Positions 39,341 through 54,549 of a stretch of 64,000 nt of DNA are shown here, piece after piece. A program made the translations under genes and the position numbers. Origin of the DNA: Camelus ferus (Eukaryota); contig NC_045696.1 in assembly GCF_009834535.1 (NCBI RefSeq), positions 90,770,001-90,834,000 on the forward strand, in the 5' to 3' direction. Numbering within the stretch: the first letter of the stretch is position 1; every line of letters starts with the position of its first letter. The notes beneath the pieces were generated by a model. That model was not told the origin of the DNA and made no database searches. It worked only from the letters and a program-made list of their open reading frames with translations.

Positions 39341-41244
39341 CTTCATTCTTATTCTTTGCTCTAAGAAGTCAAGCTATTAAAAAATATTCAACATATTTTC
39401 ACAAAATTTTTATTACATGCAAATACATAATCCTATTTTTCAAACTAAACTTTAAACACCTGTTAAAATAATTCCAGAATATCTATTTCCATGTCTGAGA
39501 AGAACCCTCCCCTTTCTCATTGAACTTACTAATCATCTTTTTCTTTCCTGCTATAAATCTTAAGTTTTTCATGATGATACATTTTCCTACAGAAAAAAAC
39601 AAGGAAAACTTCGCTTGTTTAATAAGCAAAATTTCCATATCTTTTCCTTCCTATTTTTCTTATATTTATTTCCTCCCTTCCTCAAAAAAGGTGACAAATA
39701 GTAGTTAAATCATCAACACATATTTTCTCCTTTTCAGAAGAAAAGGGCAGATTCACCAAATATATTTATAAAATTATTTGAGTTATTCAAATAATTCTGT
39801 ATGAATTAAAATGCAGTAGTAAAAATTTATTTTTAAATTTTTAATAAGTGGATGGTTTGGGGTAGTGATGATTTCTTTAAAAAACAGAGGCTTCAGGGAA
39901 GGTCAGAGACTGAGACACAAATACAATCATTCATCATAAAAGACTTCAGGGGACATTTTAATAACTACCTGTGGCAGGATCTCTCTCATATTCATTATAA
40001 AATTCCCAAGGCAGACTTTGCTTTCTCATTCATACTCACAAATACACAAAATGGAAGCTTCCCATCAACTGTAGTGTGAGTAGATGCATTTAAACACCAG
40101 TTGTTTTATCACTGCATTCATCATCATAGTTTGCAATAAACAACATTAAAGCTTTATAGGACTGAAGTGAATGCACACACACACTCACAAGGCATTAACC
40201 AAAATTACTGAAGCTATGTGATGTTCACTTTTATTTTTAAATACTTGGCCACAAACAAAAAATGACTGAAAAAGATCAACTTAAGAATCAAATAAGAATC
40301 TCATCCACATGAAAGAAAGAAAGAAAGGAAGGAAGAAAAAACATGAGAGGGCTGTTTTTAAAAGTTCTTATCAAAAAAAATAGTTATTTATCTATATTTT
40401 ATTTATGTGTTTAGCTACATGATGTAAAGTAATAAAACAGTAATTTCTTTAACTCTATTGCAGCTTTTCCATTTAAAACACTCAAATCCAGTGGCTGTAT
40501 TTCTACCTGCTTTTACCTACAAAAATATGCTATTCTCCCCTGAATTCTGCTACTCCTCTCCCTGCAAAACTAGCCAGAATGAAATCAAACTGGTCTTTCA
40601 GGGCTTAAATTTGACACTGTAACTTACCTCCTCTATCTGTACAATCAGGATAAATCACATGAGGAACAAACCAAAAATGTGTGTAGTAACTGTATTTTTA
40701 TAAAGCCTAGAGGGCTATATTAACATTCCTACAATCATCTTAATGTTTCCCATGTTCTCCTGCCTTTGATGTGACAGCATTGCTTCAAAAGCCCCTTTCA
40801 AAAGAACCATGCTTGCAAGACAAATGGCTGTTATTTTCTGTTCTGGAACCCTCTAAGACCATCTCCAACTTACCTCAATGGCTACTCCTTATTTTCATAG
40901 TATTGGAGCCCATCTCAACCACATATCTTACTTAACAATAAATGGAAAAAAGAACTGCCTCAAACAGCATCTCTAGAAACAGAGGGTTCCCTACCCATCC
41001 TGAGTTTCTCCAAATAGAAAAGGCAAGAGATCACTCTGATGGTGAAGGGACCATTTAAAAGAGGCATTTCAGTAACTGAGACAACACTGAATCTACAAAG
41101 CTAGTACCAAATAAGCAAATGTGATTAAGAATAAATCTAAATATGGAGCCTTGAACAAATAAAGAAGGAACCTGCTTTAAAAAAGGGGAGAGGGATTGCT
41201 CACATATAACTAGGTTGTAGGTTGTATGGAAAATTTCATTTGTT

Positions 41245-43605
41245 GTTTCAACATCTGCAAATCAAACACTGTGATACACCACAATGACAAAATAATCTCA
41301 ATAGAGGCAGAAAAGGCATTTGACAAAATTCAACATCTATTCATGATAAAAACTCTCAACAAAGTAGGTATAGACGAAATGTACCTCAACATAATAAAGA
41401 CTATATATGACAGCCCACAGCTAACATCACCATTTCATCAATGGCGAAAAACTGAAGGCTTCCTTTAAGATCAGAAACAAGACAAGGATGCCCACACTTG
41501 CCACTTTTATTAAACACAGTATTGAAAAGTCCAAAGCCAGAGTAACTAGACAACAAAAGAAATAAAAGGCATACAAATCAGAAAGGAAGAAGCAGATGAC
41601 ATATTATATAGAGAAAACCCTTAAAACTCTACCAAAAATTGTTAGACTTAATCAACAAATTCACTAGTTGCAGTATATAAAATCAATACACAAAAATTGT
41701 TGGATTTATATACATTAATGATGAACTATCAGAAAGAGAAATTAAGAAAATAATCCCATTTACAATTGCATCAATAAGAATAAGATATCTAAAAATAAGT
41801 TTAACCAAGGAAGGGAAAGACCTGTACACTGAAAACTAAAAGACAATCATGAAAAAAAAACTGAAGACACAAACAAATCAAAAGATACCCAGTGCCAATA
41901 GGTTTACATGAATTAATATTGTTAAGACGTCCATCCTTCCCAAAGTAATCTACAGATTCAATGCAATCCATAGCAAAATTCCAATGGCATTTCTCATGGA
42001 AACAGAACAATCCTAAAATTGACATGGGACCACAAAAGAACCAAAACAGCCAACGCAGTCTTGAGAAAGCAGACGAAGCTGGATGCACCACACTTCCTGA
42101 TTTCAAACTCTATCACAAAGCTACAGTCATCAAAACAGTTTGGTGTTGGCATAAAAACATACATACAGACCAATGCAACAGAACAGAGCACCCAAAAACA
42201 AACCCACACATAAACGGTCAATTAACTTATGACAAAGGAGCCAAGAGTATACAGCGAGGAAAGGACAGTCTCTTCAAGAAATGGTGCTGGGAAAATTGGA
42301 CACCCACATGAAAAAGAATGAAATTGGATCACTATCCTAAACCACTACAAAAGTCCAACCCAAAATGAATTAAAGACTTGAACATAAGACCTGAAACCAT
42401 AAAACTCCTAGAAAAAAATGTAGGAGGCAATCTCCTGGATGTCAGTCTTAGCAATGATTGTTTTGGATTCGAAACCAAAAGCAAAAGTCAACAAATTAGA
42501 TTACATCAAAGTAAAGTTTCTGTACAGCAAATAAAACCCTTAATAAAATGAAAAGGAAACCGACAGAAATATAGAAAATATTTGCAAATCATATATCTGA
42601 TATGGGGCTAATATCTAAAAGATGGGCAGAGGATCTGAATAGACATTTTTCCACAGAAGGCATACAATTGGCCAACAGATACTATGAAAAGGTGTTCAAT
42701 GTCATTAATCATAAAGGAAATGCAAATCAAAACCACAATAAGATATCACATCATACCTGTTAGCAGGTCTGTTAGCAAAAAGACTAGAAACAACAAGTGT
42801 TAACGAGGATATGGAGGAAAGGGAACCCTTGAGCACTGTTGGTGAGAATGTAAACTGGTGTAGCCACAATGGAAAACACCATGGCAGTTCCTTAAAAAAT
42901 TAAAAATAGAACCACTCTATGATCCAGCAATGCCATTTCTGAGTATTTATCCCAAGGAAACTAAATCACTATCTCAAAAAGCCATCTGCACCCTCCATGT
43001 TCACTGCAGCATTATTTACTATAGCCAAGACATGGAAATATCCTAAGTGTCCACTGATAGATAAATGGATAAATTGTGATGTGTGTATATATACTATATA
43101 TATATTTGATATATATATTTGATATAGATAGAATATGTATATATATTGTATATGCATATTACATATACACAATTGAATATTGCAAATACATACATATAGA
43201 ATGTTGTATATACATACATATACAGTATACACAATGGAGTATTATTCAGTCATAAAAAAGAATGAAACCTTGCCATCTACAACAACATGGATGGACCATA
43301 TGCTCATTTTATTTTTTAGAGGAGGTACTGGGGATTGAATCCAAGACCTCATGCATGCTATGCAGGCACTCTACACCACTTGAGCTATACCCTTCCCCCA
43401 GTATGATCTCTTATACTTGGAATCATAAAAATATATATGTGTATACACACGTACACACACACACGTATATACATATATACACACACATACAAAGATTAAA
43501 AACTAAGCTCATGGACACAGAGAACAGATTTATGGTTGCCAAAGGTGGGAGGATTGGGATACGAGAAATGAGTAAACTGTTTTGTTTTGTTTTGTTTAAA
43601 TAAAG
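41245..43605 (+). mobile_element. 5'-truncated L1 (RT through 3'UTR), degraded
   Basis: [50 protein letters not shown]...KWCWENW; 3'UTR with TA-rich repeat at 43080-43230. Confidence 0.9.
43307..43399 (-). mobile_element. tRNA-derived camelid SINE (Vic-1-like) inside the L1 3'UTR
   Basis: Reverse complement reads gggggaagggtatagctcaagtggtgtagagtgcctgcatagcatgcatgaggtcttggattcaatccccagtacctcctctaaaaaataaaaa. Confidence 0.88.
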
Positions 43606-46554
43606 TCAAGGAAAAACAACACAAGGAATTACTGAAATTCATCACTATTGGTACACTCTTTTTAATGTGAGGTTAAAGATGGTATATGCACTTCCTGTTG
43701 TAGTTACAGCACTCACAAGATAAACATGCTTATGAAAATAAAATATTCATTCTCAAAATAAAGACAATAGTAAGCTCTAGAACAAAGTGTCATCGAATAT
43801 TAAGCACTGTTTCTATGAAATAAAACAAATATAATGATCTTTTAAGAAACAGATTTATAAATACATATTCTACATCCTTCCACACCAAACAATGAGTTGA
43901 AATAAAGAATAAAATAAAGGGCATAATTAAGGATTCCTTTACTTATAATCAACAGCATCATAAAAACATACAACAATTTACCTACTTTCAAATTATTTTG
44001 GTATTTTAAGTAATCATTACCAATTTTTTTTATTTTTGGCAAGACTCCACAATTCTTCAGTTTTATAGGAATGAGTAGGGAGAAATAAATAATTTCATTC
44101 TCAATAAATTATCCGTACCCACCTACACAGGTCATGATATGGTAAACATTATTTTCTATCTTTGCTTTTATCATGATGTAAAAGAATAAGTAGACAAAGA
44201 TAAAAAGAAAAAACAAAAAGCAAATCTTACCCAATAAGCTCATCTAGAGCAGGGACTACTTTAAGTGTCTGCCAGCCTTCAAGGAGCCAACCAATAAAAC
44301 ATGTTGGCAGTTAGTTACAGCCAACAGTAGTGCCTATGGCAAGCCACCATGTTAAATTCTGGCTTGGGCTCTGCCCAGGAAACAAAACATTCCCTACATA
44401 ATGTTCTTCTGATTTTCCTCTTTTGCTCCACCATAAATGAGACACAAGAAAAAGCAAGAAATTTAGCAATTACCATAATAAATCATTTCAACCAAAAGCA
44501 TGTATTAAACATCTTTAACTTGATATAGTGGTAAATAGTGCATAAAGAAGTACAGTCTATTTCTGGTAGCTATACCAGTGAAGACGAGCAATAGAAAATC
44601 AAAATGGACAGATCCTCCACTCAGCTGGTTTAGAGTCATGACCCCACTCTATACAACAGTGAAACATGGCCCAAAACCAGGTAAGTAGTCATAACTTGGC
44701 TAACAGATAATGGTCAATTCCATCAACTCAGAACTCCCCAGAAAGGGTTCCTCACAATGCAGCTGCCATCCTACGTAGAAATCTGTGCTCTGATTTTAGA
44801 CAGGCAGCAAAGTAGTTCCCATATGAGTCAAGAACAAAAGAACTAGAATTGCACTATAGTTAAAATACTGAGAAGAAATGTCTATGAAAATGTCATCTCC
44901 TTTGTCATTAGAGAATACAGTTCTTATGCCAACTAATAATTTGGGTATTCTTTTTCTATTAATTGTTGAAAGTTAAGGCAACTAGTATTTACTGTACTTC
45001 TTCTAGACCTAAACAACAAATTTTGATGTGAAAGTATCATAACTAACTTAAAATCACCTGAAAACTGGAAGGGCAACATATTAAAGCAAAATACCAAAAA
45101 GAATAGCATTCATTAATTTAATCAACCTAGTACTACAAAACCACATACAATCTTTTATCCAATGTAAATCACTGAATCTTTTATTCAAAAATTTGGAGAT
45201 TTCACAACTAATACTTAACATTTCATCTTTTGCCTAGTTTGGATTATATGATATAAACCTAGAAAATCCTAATTAAAAAGCAACTTGACAAAGAAGTGGG
45301 CAGTGGGGTGCTAGGAGAGAACCCTGTTCTTTAAAATGAGCTCATTAATTCCATAGGATTAATAATCAAAAATCCATCTGTTTTGAATGTCAGTGTAAAA
45401 CTGCTGCTGTTTCCAGTCAAGAGCATACAAATAAATAAAAGCTTACTGCATCCATGGTTAGACCCATAGTCTGGGCTTCACTTTATTTTGGATAAATTCT
45501 ATAAATATGCACTATTTAAGGTAAATAAAGAAACAATAGAAATACACATTTATTTAACTATAGCCTAACAGGAATAAAACAGATTATTTGTAAATGAATT
45601 GATAACCCCTTGTACTTATATTCAGCGTTCATTTTATGCTCAATTTATTATCCCCAAGCAGATAGCTTTTTTAGCCTGTCTATCCAAGAACAACGTTGCC
45701 TAGCTTTGCTCCTCCACAATTTTCTCACTTCTATTGATCCTTATGATCTGCACCTATTTAAAAACTGGAGGGAGAAGAAAAACACCCTGTGAAAGGAGAA
45801 GTCATAAAAATCACCACACACTTAGGGAACCATTTCTGCTGCCACTACTTGGTTACCCTGGGATTAACTTCTCTAGTCTCAGTTTTCTCATCTAAAAGAA
45901 AAAATCTAAAATAACCTTATAACCCTAAAACTTTTACATCCATACCTGTCCAGGACCTCAGCCACCTCTGAAAGTTATAAACCAGATAAATAAAAACTTA
46001 CATAAGGGCATTCTCAACACAAATACACAAAGAATAAAAGTTCTGTAGGATAGTACAGCAAAGTAGAGCTCTGTATGGATGCAAGCAGAAGCTGACCAAG
46101 TGGGCAATAATGTCAACAGGAATAAATGTTCAGTTCTTTGAAGTGGGCTTAATGATTCTTTTTGGAGCATGGTAACATGGCAAAGTGACAGGTATATCTA
46201 CTATTTTTTTTATAAGTCAAAAGTGAAAAATGATATAAAAAATAGTTTTTGTTTAAATGACTATACATCATGAAACTTATTCTCATACAATTTAGAAACA
46301 ATTAGAGCTAGAATGAGTTCAATACTAATTTTATAGATGAGCACACTGAGTTTCAGAAAGGCTGATCCAGAACTTTTCCTATGCTATTTCTAATCTGTCT
46401 TTCATGTCACCTCCCATAATTTCAAACTAGTTTCTCCATGATAGAAATGAGAATCAAGTGAGCAGTGATTATTAAGAAGCTTAAAGCTCAATCCATAAAT
46501 TGGGAATTAATAAGACAGAGTGCATACCCATGTTTCTATAACAGTAACTAGAAT

Positions 46555-46930
46555 CATCATTTAGTATGCTTGCTAAATCCTGGGTTAAGAGCTGTGAGCA
46601 GTGTCTATGATGAGAGAATGTATCCATGTCTTCGTAGACAGAGAAGTCCATCTAAGGAAATGCCTTTAAGTCAAGACCTCAAAGATGATAGGAGATGATG
46701 AGAAAGCGTAAAGGACATTTCAAAAAGAAGCAACCACATGTTCAAGGGCCCTGAGAGAGAAAAAAGAGCTGTAGAGGAACTGTAAGTATGACTGGGGTTA
46801 GAAAGATGTGAATGAAAACAGGGAGTACCAGATCACAGAGGGACTTGAGGCCTTATAAACATTTTGGACTGTATTCTAAAGTCCCGAAATAATTGCTATA
46901 TAAAGAATGAATTGGAGGGGAAACTCCAGA
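46555..46930 (-). mobile_element. L2 relic (minus)
   Basis: catttagtatgcttgcta...; catgttcaagggccctgag; ccagatcacagagggacttgaggcc...ttttggactgtattctaa. Confidence 0.65.
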
Positions 46931-49900
46931 AAACTATTTAAAAAGTATTCTATAATTTAGAAATTACTTTTTCCTCTTCAAACATTCAGGATCACATTCA
47001 GTACCTCATAAAACACGTAACAATAAACAGCGTAATTAAGAACTTATTCTAAGTTCTACACTAATTATTTAGCTGACACAATGATGGCGGTTTATCAAAT
47101 ATTGAGGTGATAAAACAAAAAAATAACAATTTTCATTTAACTAAATTAGTTTTGAGGAATCCAGGAATACATATACATTTTACCAGAATTTTCTAAAGGA
47201 CTAGAAAAAAAGGCTATCAATGATTTCATCACTACTAGTTTCAGTCACCTGAATAAATGTTTAGCAATGCCTTATTTGAAATGTTTTCTACTACATACTT
47301 AAAAATTGTGCCACAAAGTGTCAGTTCTTAAGAGGAAGAAAAAGATGTTGTATATAAGAATAAACTACTATAATTACAATTATTTGGTAACTCCCTCTCA
47401 CATACTATGTCATTATAAGAGTTAATTGAATATCTTTCCAAAGAACCTCCTATTCTGCCAGTGTTAGATATGGAACCTTTTCAGTGAGGAAGCAAAAGAA
47501 AGTTCTTTCTACTTACACACTGTCAAGGACAAAAGTCAGGCTGACAATCAAAAGATTCCCACCAAGAACTTTCCAACATCAACTAATATTTCACTGGTAA
47601 TTCAGTAGAAGAAAATTCAGTATATACAGCCTTGATCTTTGTGAAATGGCTCATCTGTCAGGAATCTTCCATTTGTCATTCAAAATGACTAATCTAATAG
47701 GCTGAAAACCTTGCAATGCAGATTTCTCACTTAAAATTAACAATATAATCTTTATAAGTCAAAACCAACAGATAGAAAATACTATTTACACATATAAGTT
47801 CAGTCCCTGAATACATAATTCTATAAAATCAAGATGTGAAGGTAAATGTTCTTTAAAATAATCTAAAAGAAAAAAGTTTTAATTTTACTATGAGTTAGGA
47901 TGTTTACAAACAAATGGTTTAAAAATTAGACTGGAAAAACAAGGCTAAAGCTACCTTAAACAAGAAATAATCATTAAAGAGTCTTCACACATAGGTTAAA
48001 ATATTCTTCTCACACAAACCTTTACATAATTTCACCCCTACCATACTAACAAAGTATTGTGCTCAAATAAGGACTATCCTAATCTTCACCAGGCAATATT
48101 TTCAGGCTGATGTTATTATTCTCATTTCCGTGAATAATATCCATACTCCAGGGCCATTTTCCTTCTCATATTCAATATCATGCATGCTTGTATCAAGGTT
48201 CCTTTCTTCATATCCTGTCACAGTATCAATCACTGCCTCCTGTCCACTCAATCCACTTTTGATTTATCAGCCACCGTCTTTCTGGACTCCATAACTCGAC
48301 CCAAACCATTTTAACAAGACATTGACAAATAGCACCCAGTATCACATCAACCTGTTCCACTTAGTAAACTAAGAAACAGTAACTGTGACATCTCTGCATA
48401 AGTATTCCATTCTATTCCCCAGACTGATGTATATTAATGAGGAGATGGTATTTGAAATGCTTCTTCCACATCAGCATCTAATATGATCAAATTAGGAAAT
48501 GGGATGATTTATTAAATTTTGTAGAGCTGAAATATTTCTTTATATCGCTATATGTGTGGTTTCAGAAAGTGAGCTGTTGCTTTCAATTTTTCTACTGAGG
48601 ATGTGCCTGCATTTCACAGACGAATTATTGTCTTTAAAAAGATTGCAAGAAGGCAAAATGTTATTAAGCAAATGCTCAGTAAAACAAACTAAATCAGTTT
48701 TAAAATTCCTAATTTAATGTAAATCTTGGTTGTTTCACTGAAATTCAGTTTGTGATCTTATTAAGTCATATTTGCATCGTACTGTCTTGCTGTAGGACAG
48801 TTTTAAATTTATAGCATTACCAAGCAGCTTCACTTCTTGACTTTTAAGACATGTCCTCAATACAATAATTGCTCTATAAGTACGTGTTTTGTTCTTATTT
48901 TCAGATATAAGACAAAACAAAGATCAGTGGGTCAATAAAAGAATAAAATAAAAATACAAAATTAACTATTTGGGTCACTTCTACAATTTTCATAATAAGA
49001 TGTTAAAATGTTTTTATTGAAGTGCTTCCTAACTTACACTATACCAACTGTCTCATGGTCAGTTTAAACTTTAAACAAGGAATTAGTTTTTCACATTATA
49101 TTTGTATATGAAAGATATTAAGTATTTTTGCCAAAAAAATCAAAGTGGAAATGAGAAAACAATAAATGTAAAAGAAAAAAAAAAAGCTCATATACTGTTC
49201 TTAAACAGATTCTCATCTTAACTCATCTTCTAGCTTCTGGATATCTATATATTCCAGAAGTCAAACTCTTACTCATTTTCAAGATCACAGGATTTCCAAC
49301 TACAAAATCCGCATTTAAGTCTCCATCTAGGATAACTTAAGTATACTGGGCTTGTACAGTCAGTACTTTTCTAATGGAGTCACCAATGATTTATTTTGGT
49401 TGATGGAAAATCAAAAGATTACAAATAAATGAATTCTAATGGAGCTCTGATTTCATTCATTGATTAGGCAAATACCTGTAAAATTCAATAGAGCAACGCA
49501 ATGCAGGTAGTGTATGAGAAGGAGGAAAACATTACAAAAACAAGAAAAGGATAAACCACCCAGTAAAGAATTAAGTGGGATTCCTAGATACTTACTCTTT
49601 AGATTTTATAATGCGAACAAAGATTGTCTGTTAGATCACTTTTATATGAAGTAGTTATAGAAGAAGCTAATCTAATTTTTAATTTAAAAATTCAACATTA
49701 TTCAAGTTGAGGAAATAACATGAATTGTCCCATTGTTATAAAAAAGTACAATCTTTCACCTTTTCACTTACAAAAGGACACCAGAAAAAGTTAGAACATC
49801 AGAAAATGCTATCCTTTGTTCCTTAAAAGATAATCAAGGCAAGGAGAAAATGAGAATTAAATATATGTTTTTAAGTCTCTTAAACTAATATAATAAAATA

Positions 49901-51149
49901 GAAGCAAACTCACAAGTATATTGTAGTACACAGTATTTAGAAATAATAATTAAAATAACTTTTTCTTAAAAACTCTAACGTGTTTTTTTTCCGGCCCTTA
50001 AAGTTTACAAAGTACTTTCAATACACTATTTTATTAAATAAATGCATTTTCAGAAATTATGTTACACTCTCCTTTCAATTAATAAATGTTTCTTACTTTT
50101 TCTACCTGTGATACCACATTTTTAATGAAAATTTTCATAATTTTCTCTAATACACAATAATCACCCTCTTTCCTAACACCCTCACACCTGTAGTCTACAG
50201 GATACAATTAGTGGATTTAAAATGTCTCATTCAGTCTTTGTCTCCCATGTGTGTGTAATGACTGCATATGTGAGTGTGCGTATATATGCACACATGGGGT
50301 GTGTTTGTCTTATCATCCCACATAGTCTAAATGCTTCTTTTGTAGAGAAACACATATAGCATTGAAGGGAAAAGAAACACAGAGATAGGGCAATTAAAAC
50401 ATTATACTTTATAGAACAAGAAGGAATATATTTTAGAATTCATTTATTTCTTCAAATTTATGTTCTCTCTCCCAGGTTTAGAGATAGAAGAATGTGTCTA
50501 TATCTATATACAAAGACATATTTGCAGCATGAAGGAGAAACACAGGAAATGAAACAAAATTATTCATTAATGGAATGGCTGATTTCAAATGCCATTCCTT
50601 GTGTTTACAAAATATAACAAAATAGCATATACACAAAACCACTATATAAGTGATATAAATACTAGCAATTTTATAAATAGATTTATAATTACTACAGAAA
50701 AATCTAACATCAATAAAGAAATTTTAAAGTATTATTACTGTTTTAAGTTTCTGAGAATATATTATGTTCATACATATATATGTACTAAGAAGATGCACAA
50801 TTTAAGAAATCACCTGAGTCAATGATTACCCTCACGTTACATGAAAAGTCTTCAATTTAACTCCTGGAATAAAAATCAAAATATATCTCTATTAAAAAAA
50901 AAAATTCATGCCAATGAGCCCAGATAGTCAACAATACAAGAAAATACTTGTCTGGGAATGCCTGCTTCATGACTATATCTGTAAAATCTTGACTGCCAGC
51001 ACACTCAATGGGTCTTTTGGATATGGTATAATACATAGCATTATTTTAGCTCCATGTGAAACAATAAAAAAAAATCAAGCTGACTGTGGAACTTTCAATA
51101 CATAGAAATGACTAGCAAAGTTATAAAACAAATCAAGAGATAAACAAAA

Positions 51150-52298
51150 ACAAAAAAAGAAAATGTATCAAAAATAAACCATAATCATTTCAATAGATGA
51201 GAAAAAGCATTTGACAAAAATCAATACCCACTGTTGCTTAAAACGTTCTTAGCAAACAATATAGAAGGCTCTTCTTTAGTTTTATAAATGGTAGTCACAA
51301 AGAAACTACAGCTAACATCAAAGTTGAAGGTAAAAAGACTGAATCCTTTCCTCCTAAAATAAGGAAAACGTCAAGAATGCCCAATCTCACCACTTTTCTT
51401 CAATACTGAACTAGAAATCCTAGTAAATACAATGAGTCATGAGAACTGAAAAAATGGCATACAGTTTGAAGGTAAAACTGTCTCAATGCTTGTTTTCAAA
51501 AAAATGCTTAGACATACTCAAAATATCTATCAGAACTAATAAGAATAGCAAAGTTATGAGATCTGAAATAAATATACAAAAATATATTAAATTACATAGT
51601 GTTCAAAATATATAACATATAGTCAATTATGTTTCTATATATTGGCAGCAAATTATTAGAAAATGAAATTTTAAAATAATTCATTTTCAACAATATCAAA
51701 AAAATTTTAAATAAATGTAACAAAAGATGTGCAGGAGTGCTACACTGAAAACTACAAAACATTGTTAGGAGAAATAAAGTAAGTCCAAATAGTGGAAAGA
51801 TACACCGTGTTCATAGAGTGTTATGATGTCAATTCTCCTATTCTATTTATTTAGTTAGCTCCCAATAAAAAAATCCCAGCAGAATCATTTGAAAAAATTG
51901 CCAAGGTAATTGTAAAATTCATATAGAAATAGAAAAAATAATACCTCATTTCAAGACTTATCATAAATTTACAGTAATCAAGATGATGGAGCACAATAAT
52001 GGCATGAATAAATTCCTTTAAATATAGAAGAATGATAATTACAAATAGTGATAAATGCTTTGAATAAAATAGGGAAATGAATATAAAAAAAGATAATGGG
52101 GTACTAGAGTAAAAATAGATCAGTGAAAACAAATAGACCACTGAACCACTAGAATCACTTTCATACAATCAACTGGTGTTTGACAAAGGCACCAAAATTA
52201 CCCCATTGGAAAATCAAACTCTTTTTTTAAAATGGTGTTAGACCACCACACGGGGGAAAGGATGGACCTATATTTCACACAATACACAAAAGTAACTT
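51150..52298 (+). mobile_element. Old L1 ORF2 fragment
   Basis: atcatttcaatagatgagaaaaagcatttgacaaaaatcaatacc; tacactgaaaactacaaaacattgttaggagaaataaa. Confidence 0.8.
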
Positions 52299-54549
52299 GA
52301 GAATGATGTCAGCAGGATGGCAGAATAGGAAGTCCCATCCTTTGCTCACCTTACAGAGACAACAACATAAAAATAATATACAGACAGAATAACTCCAGAA
52401 ACCAATAAAGTTGTACCGCAGGTGAATGCAAAATCAGTAACAGCTACATTGAAACAGGTAAGAAGAGTCATTACTTTACTCACAACATCCCCACCCCAAG
52501 TACAGCTCAGACTGGCCAGTGGCTTCTCCTTTGGAGAGTATGGAGGTAGAGAAAAATGGAACATACATTCAACATTTCAGCTTTTCATAAAGCTACCCAA
52601 GGGGCTGCTTTCAGTCTTTGCTGATTCTGAATGGTAATGAAACTAGGATAGTATAGATAATTGAAGACTGCTGAAAGCAAGAGAGAGAAGCAGTGGCTTG
52701 CTGGAGAACCAGAGAACTTGTGATGCAGCAAAAAGTGGCCAACATGTCTCAGTGCAACTACAAGAAAGTGCCTAACTTGAAATTTCTACCTTGGGAAAGA
52801 GGGAGAAAAGTGGAGCAAGCATCCACTGTTCCAGATTTTCAGAGACTTGCCTGAGGGAAAAGTATGTATGTCTTGCCTGATTCAGAGTGCTGACAGAGAG
52901 TTGGCATACTTTGGATGCCTGGCAGCTACTGACAACAAAGGAGAATGGGGCTGCTTACTGCTGTAGCAGCAGAGAATCTAAATTACACAAACAGCAAAAG
53001 GAGAAAGGCATAAAAAGCACTGAAAAAAAAAGTCAACAAACTTGAAAGTGGGAAATTACATGCACAAGTCTAGAGAAAGTGCAACCTACAGAAAAAGGTT
53101 TCAGAAGCCCCCAAAATCTCTAGCTAGACTGACTTGAGGAGGGTATTTCCCTGTACAAAGCCAGTTCCTAAAGACCTGGAGAGATGGCAGTTTTTTTAAA
53201 TATATAAAAATCAGCAAAATATTACAAAGCACATGAAGAAAAAGGGAAACAAGACCTACCAAAGTAACAAATCTATAGAAACCAAATCAAAAGAAACGGA
53301 GATCTATGAATTACCTGACAAGAATTCAAAATAATTGTCTTAAAGAAGTTCAATAATACATAAGAGAACACAAATGTCCACCTAAATGAAATCAGAAAAC
53401 AGTGCATGCATAAAATGAAAATATCAACAGAGAGAGACAATAGAAAAGAAACAAACAGAAATGCTGGAGCTGAGGAAAACAATAATTGCACTAAAAAATT
53501 CACTAGAGGGGTCGACAGCAGACTTGACCAAGCAAAACAAAGAATCGGTGAACTCAAAGAAAGGTACTTTGAAATTACTGAGTCAGAAGAACAAAACAAA
53601 AAACCCATGAGAAAAGAGGGGAAAAGTATAAGGAAATTATGTGACCCAAACAACCCAACCAATATATGCATTATGAAAGTTTCAGAATAAAAAGAGAGGG
53701 ACAGAGAACTTATTTGAAGAATTAATGGATGAAAACTTCCCAAATATGAGGAAGAAAATGAAGCTCAAAACACTCCAATCATGATGAAACTGAAGAGGCC
53801 TACACTAAGATTGATTTTAAATAAACAGTCAAAAGTCTGAGACAAAGAGAATTTTGAAAGCAAGAAGAGTGTACAAGGGTGCTTCCTAAGACTACCAGTG
53901 GATTTCTCAAAAGAAATGTTACAGGCCATAGGGGAGTAAGGTGATATATTCAAAATGCTACAAAACACAAAACCCTTACCCCTCCACCAAAAAATAGAAA
54001 ACAAAAAAAAACAAAAACCTGCCAACCAAGAATACTATAGCCAACAAAACAACCCTTCAAAACTAAACAAGAATTTACTATTAGGTTAACATTAAACTAA
54101 AATAGATGACACCCTAGTATTAAAAAATTAACATTTTAAAGCTAAAAAAAAAAAACTGAACAAGAAGTATTTTCCCAGATATAAGCTGAGGGAGTTGATC
54201 ATCACTGGACCTGCAGGGAATACCTCCAAGTAAAATGTTCATCACTAGACAGCAACACAAAAGCATGCAAAAATATAAAGCTCACTGGCATATATAAGCA
54301 AATACAGAATACTATAATATTGTAATGGTGACAGGTAAAGCACTTTTAATTCTGGTACAGAATTTAAAAGATAAAAGTATAAAAAACAATTCTAACTGTA
54401 AAACTATGTCAATGGTTACACATTATACAAAGATGCAACTGTTTAACAAAAACTCAACAACTGGAGAAGATATGTAAAAGGTATACAGGAGTTCTCTGTA
54501 CTACACTTGTAAGTTTTCTTTAAATTTGAAATTAACAGAAAATAAATGT

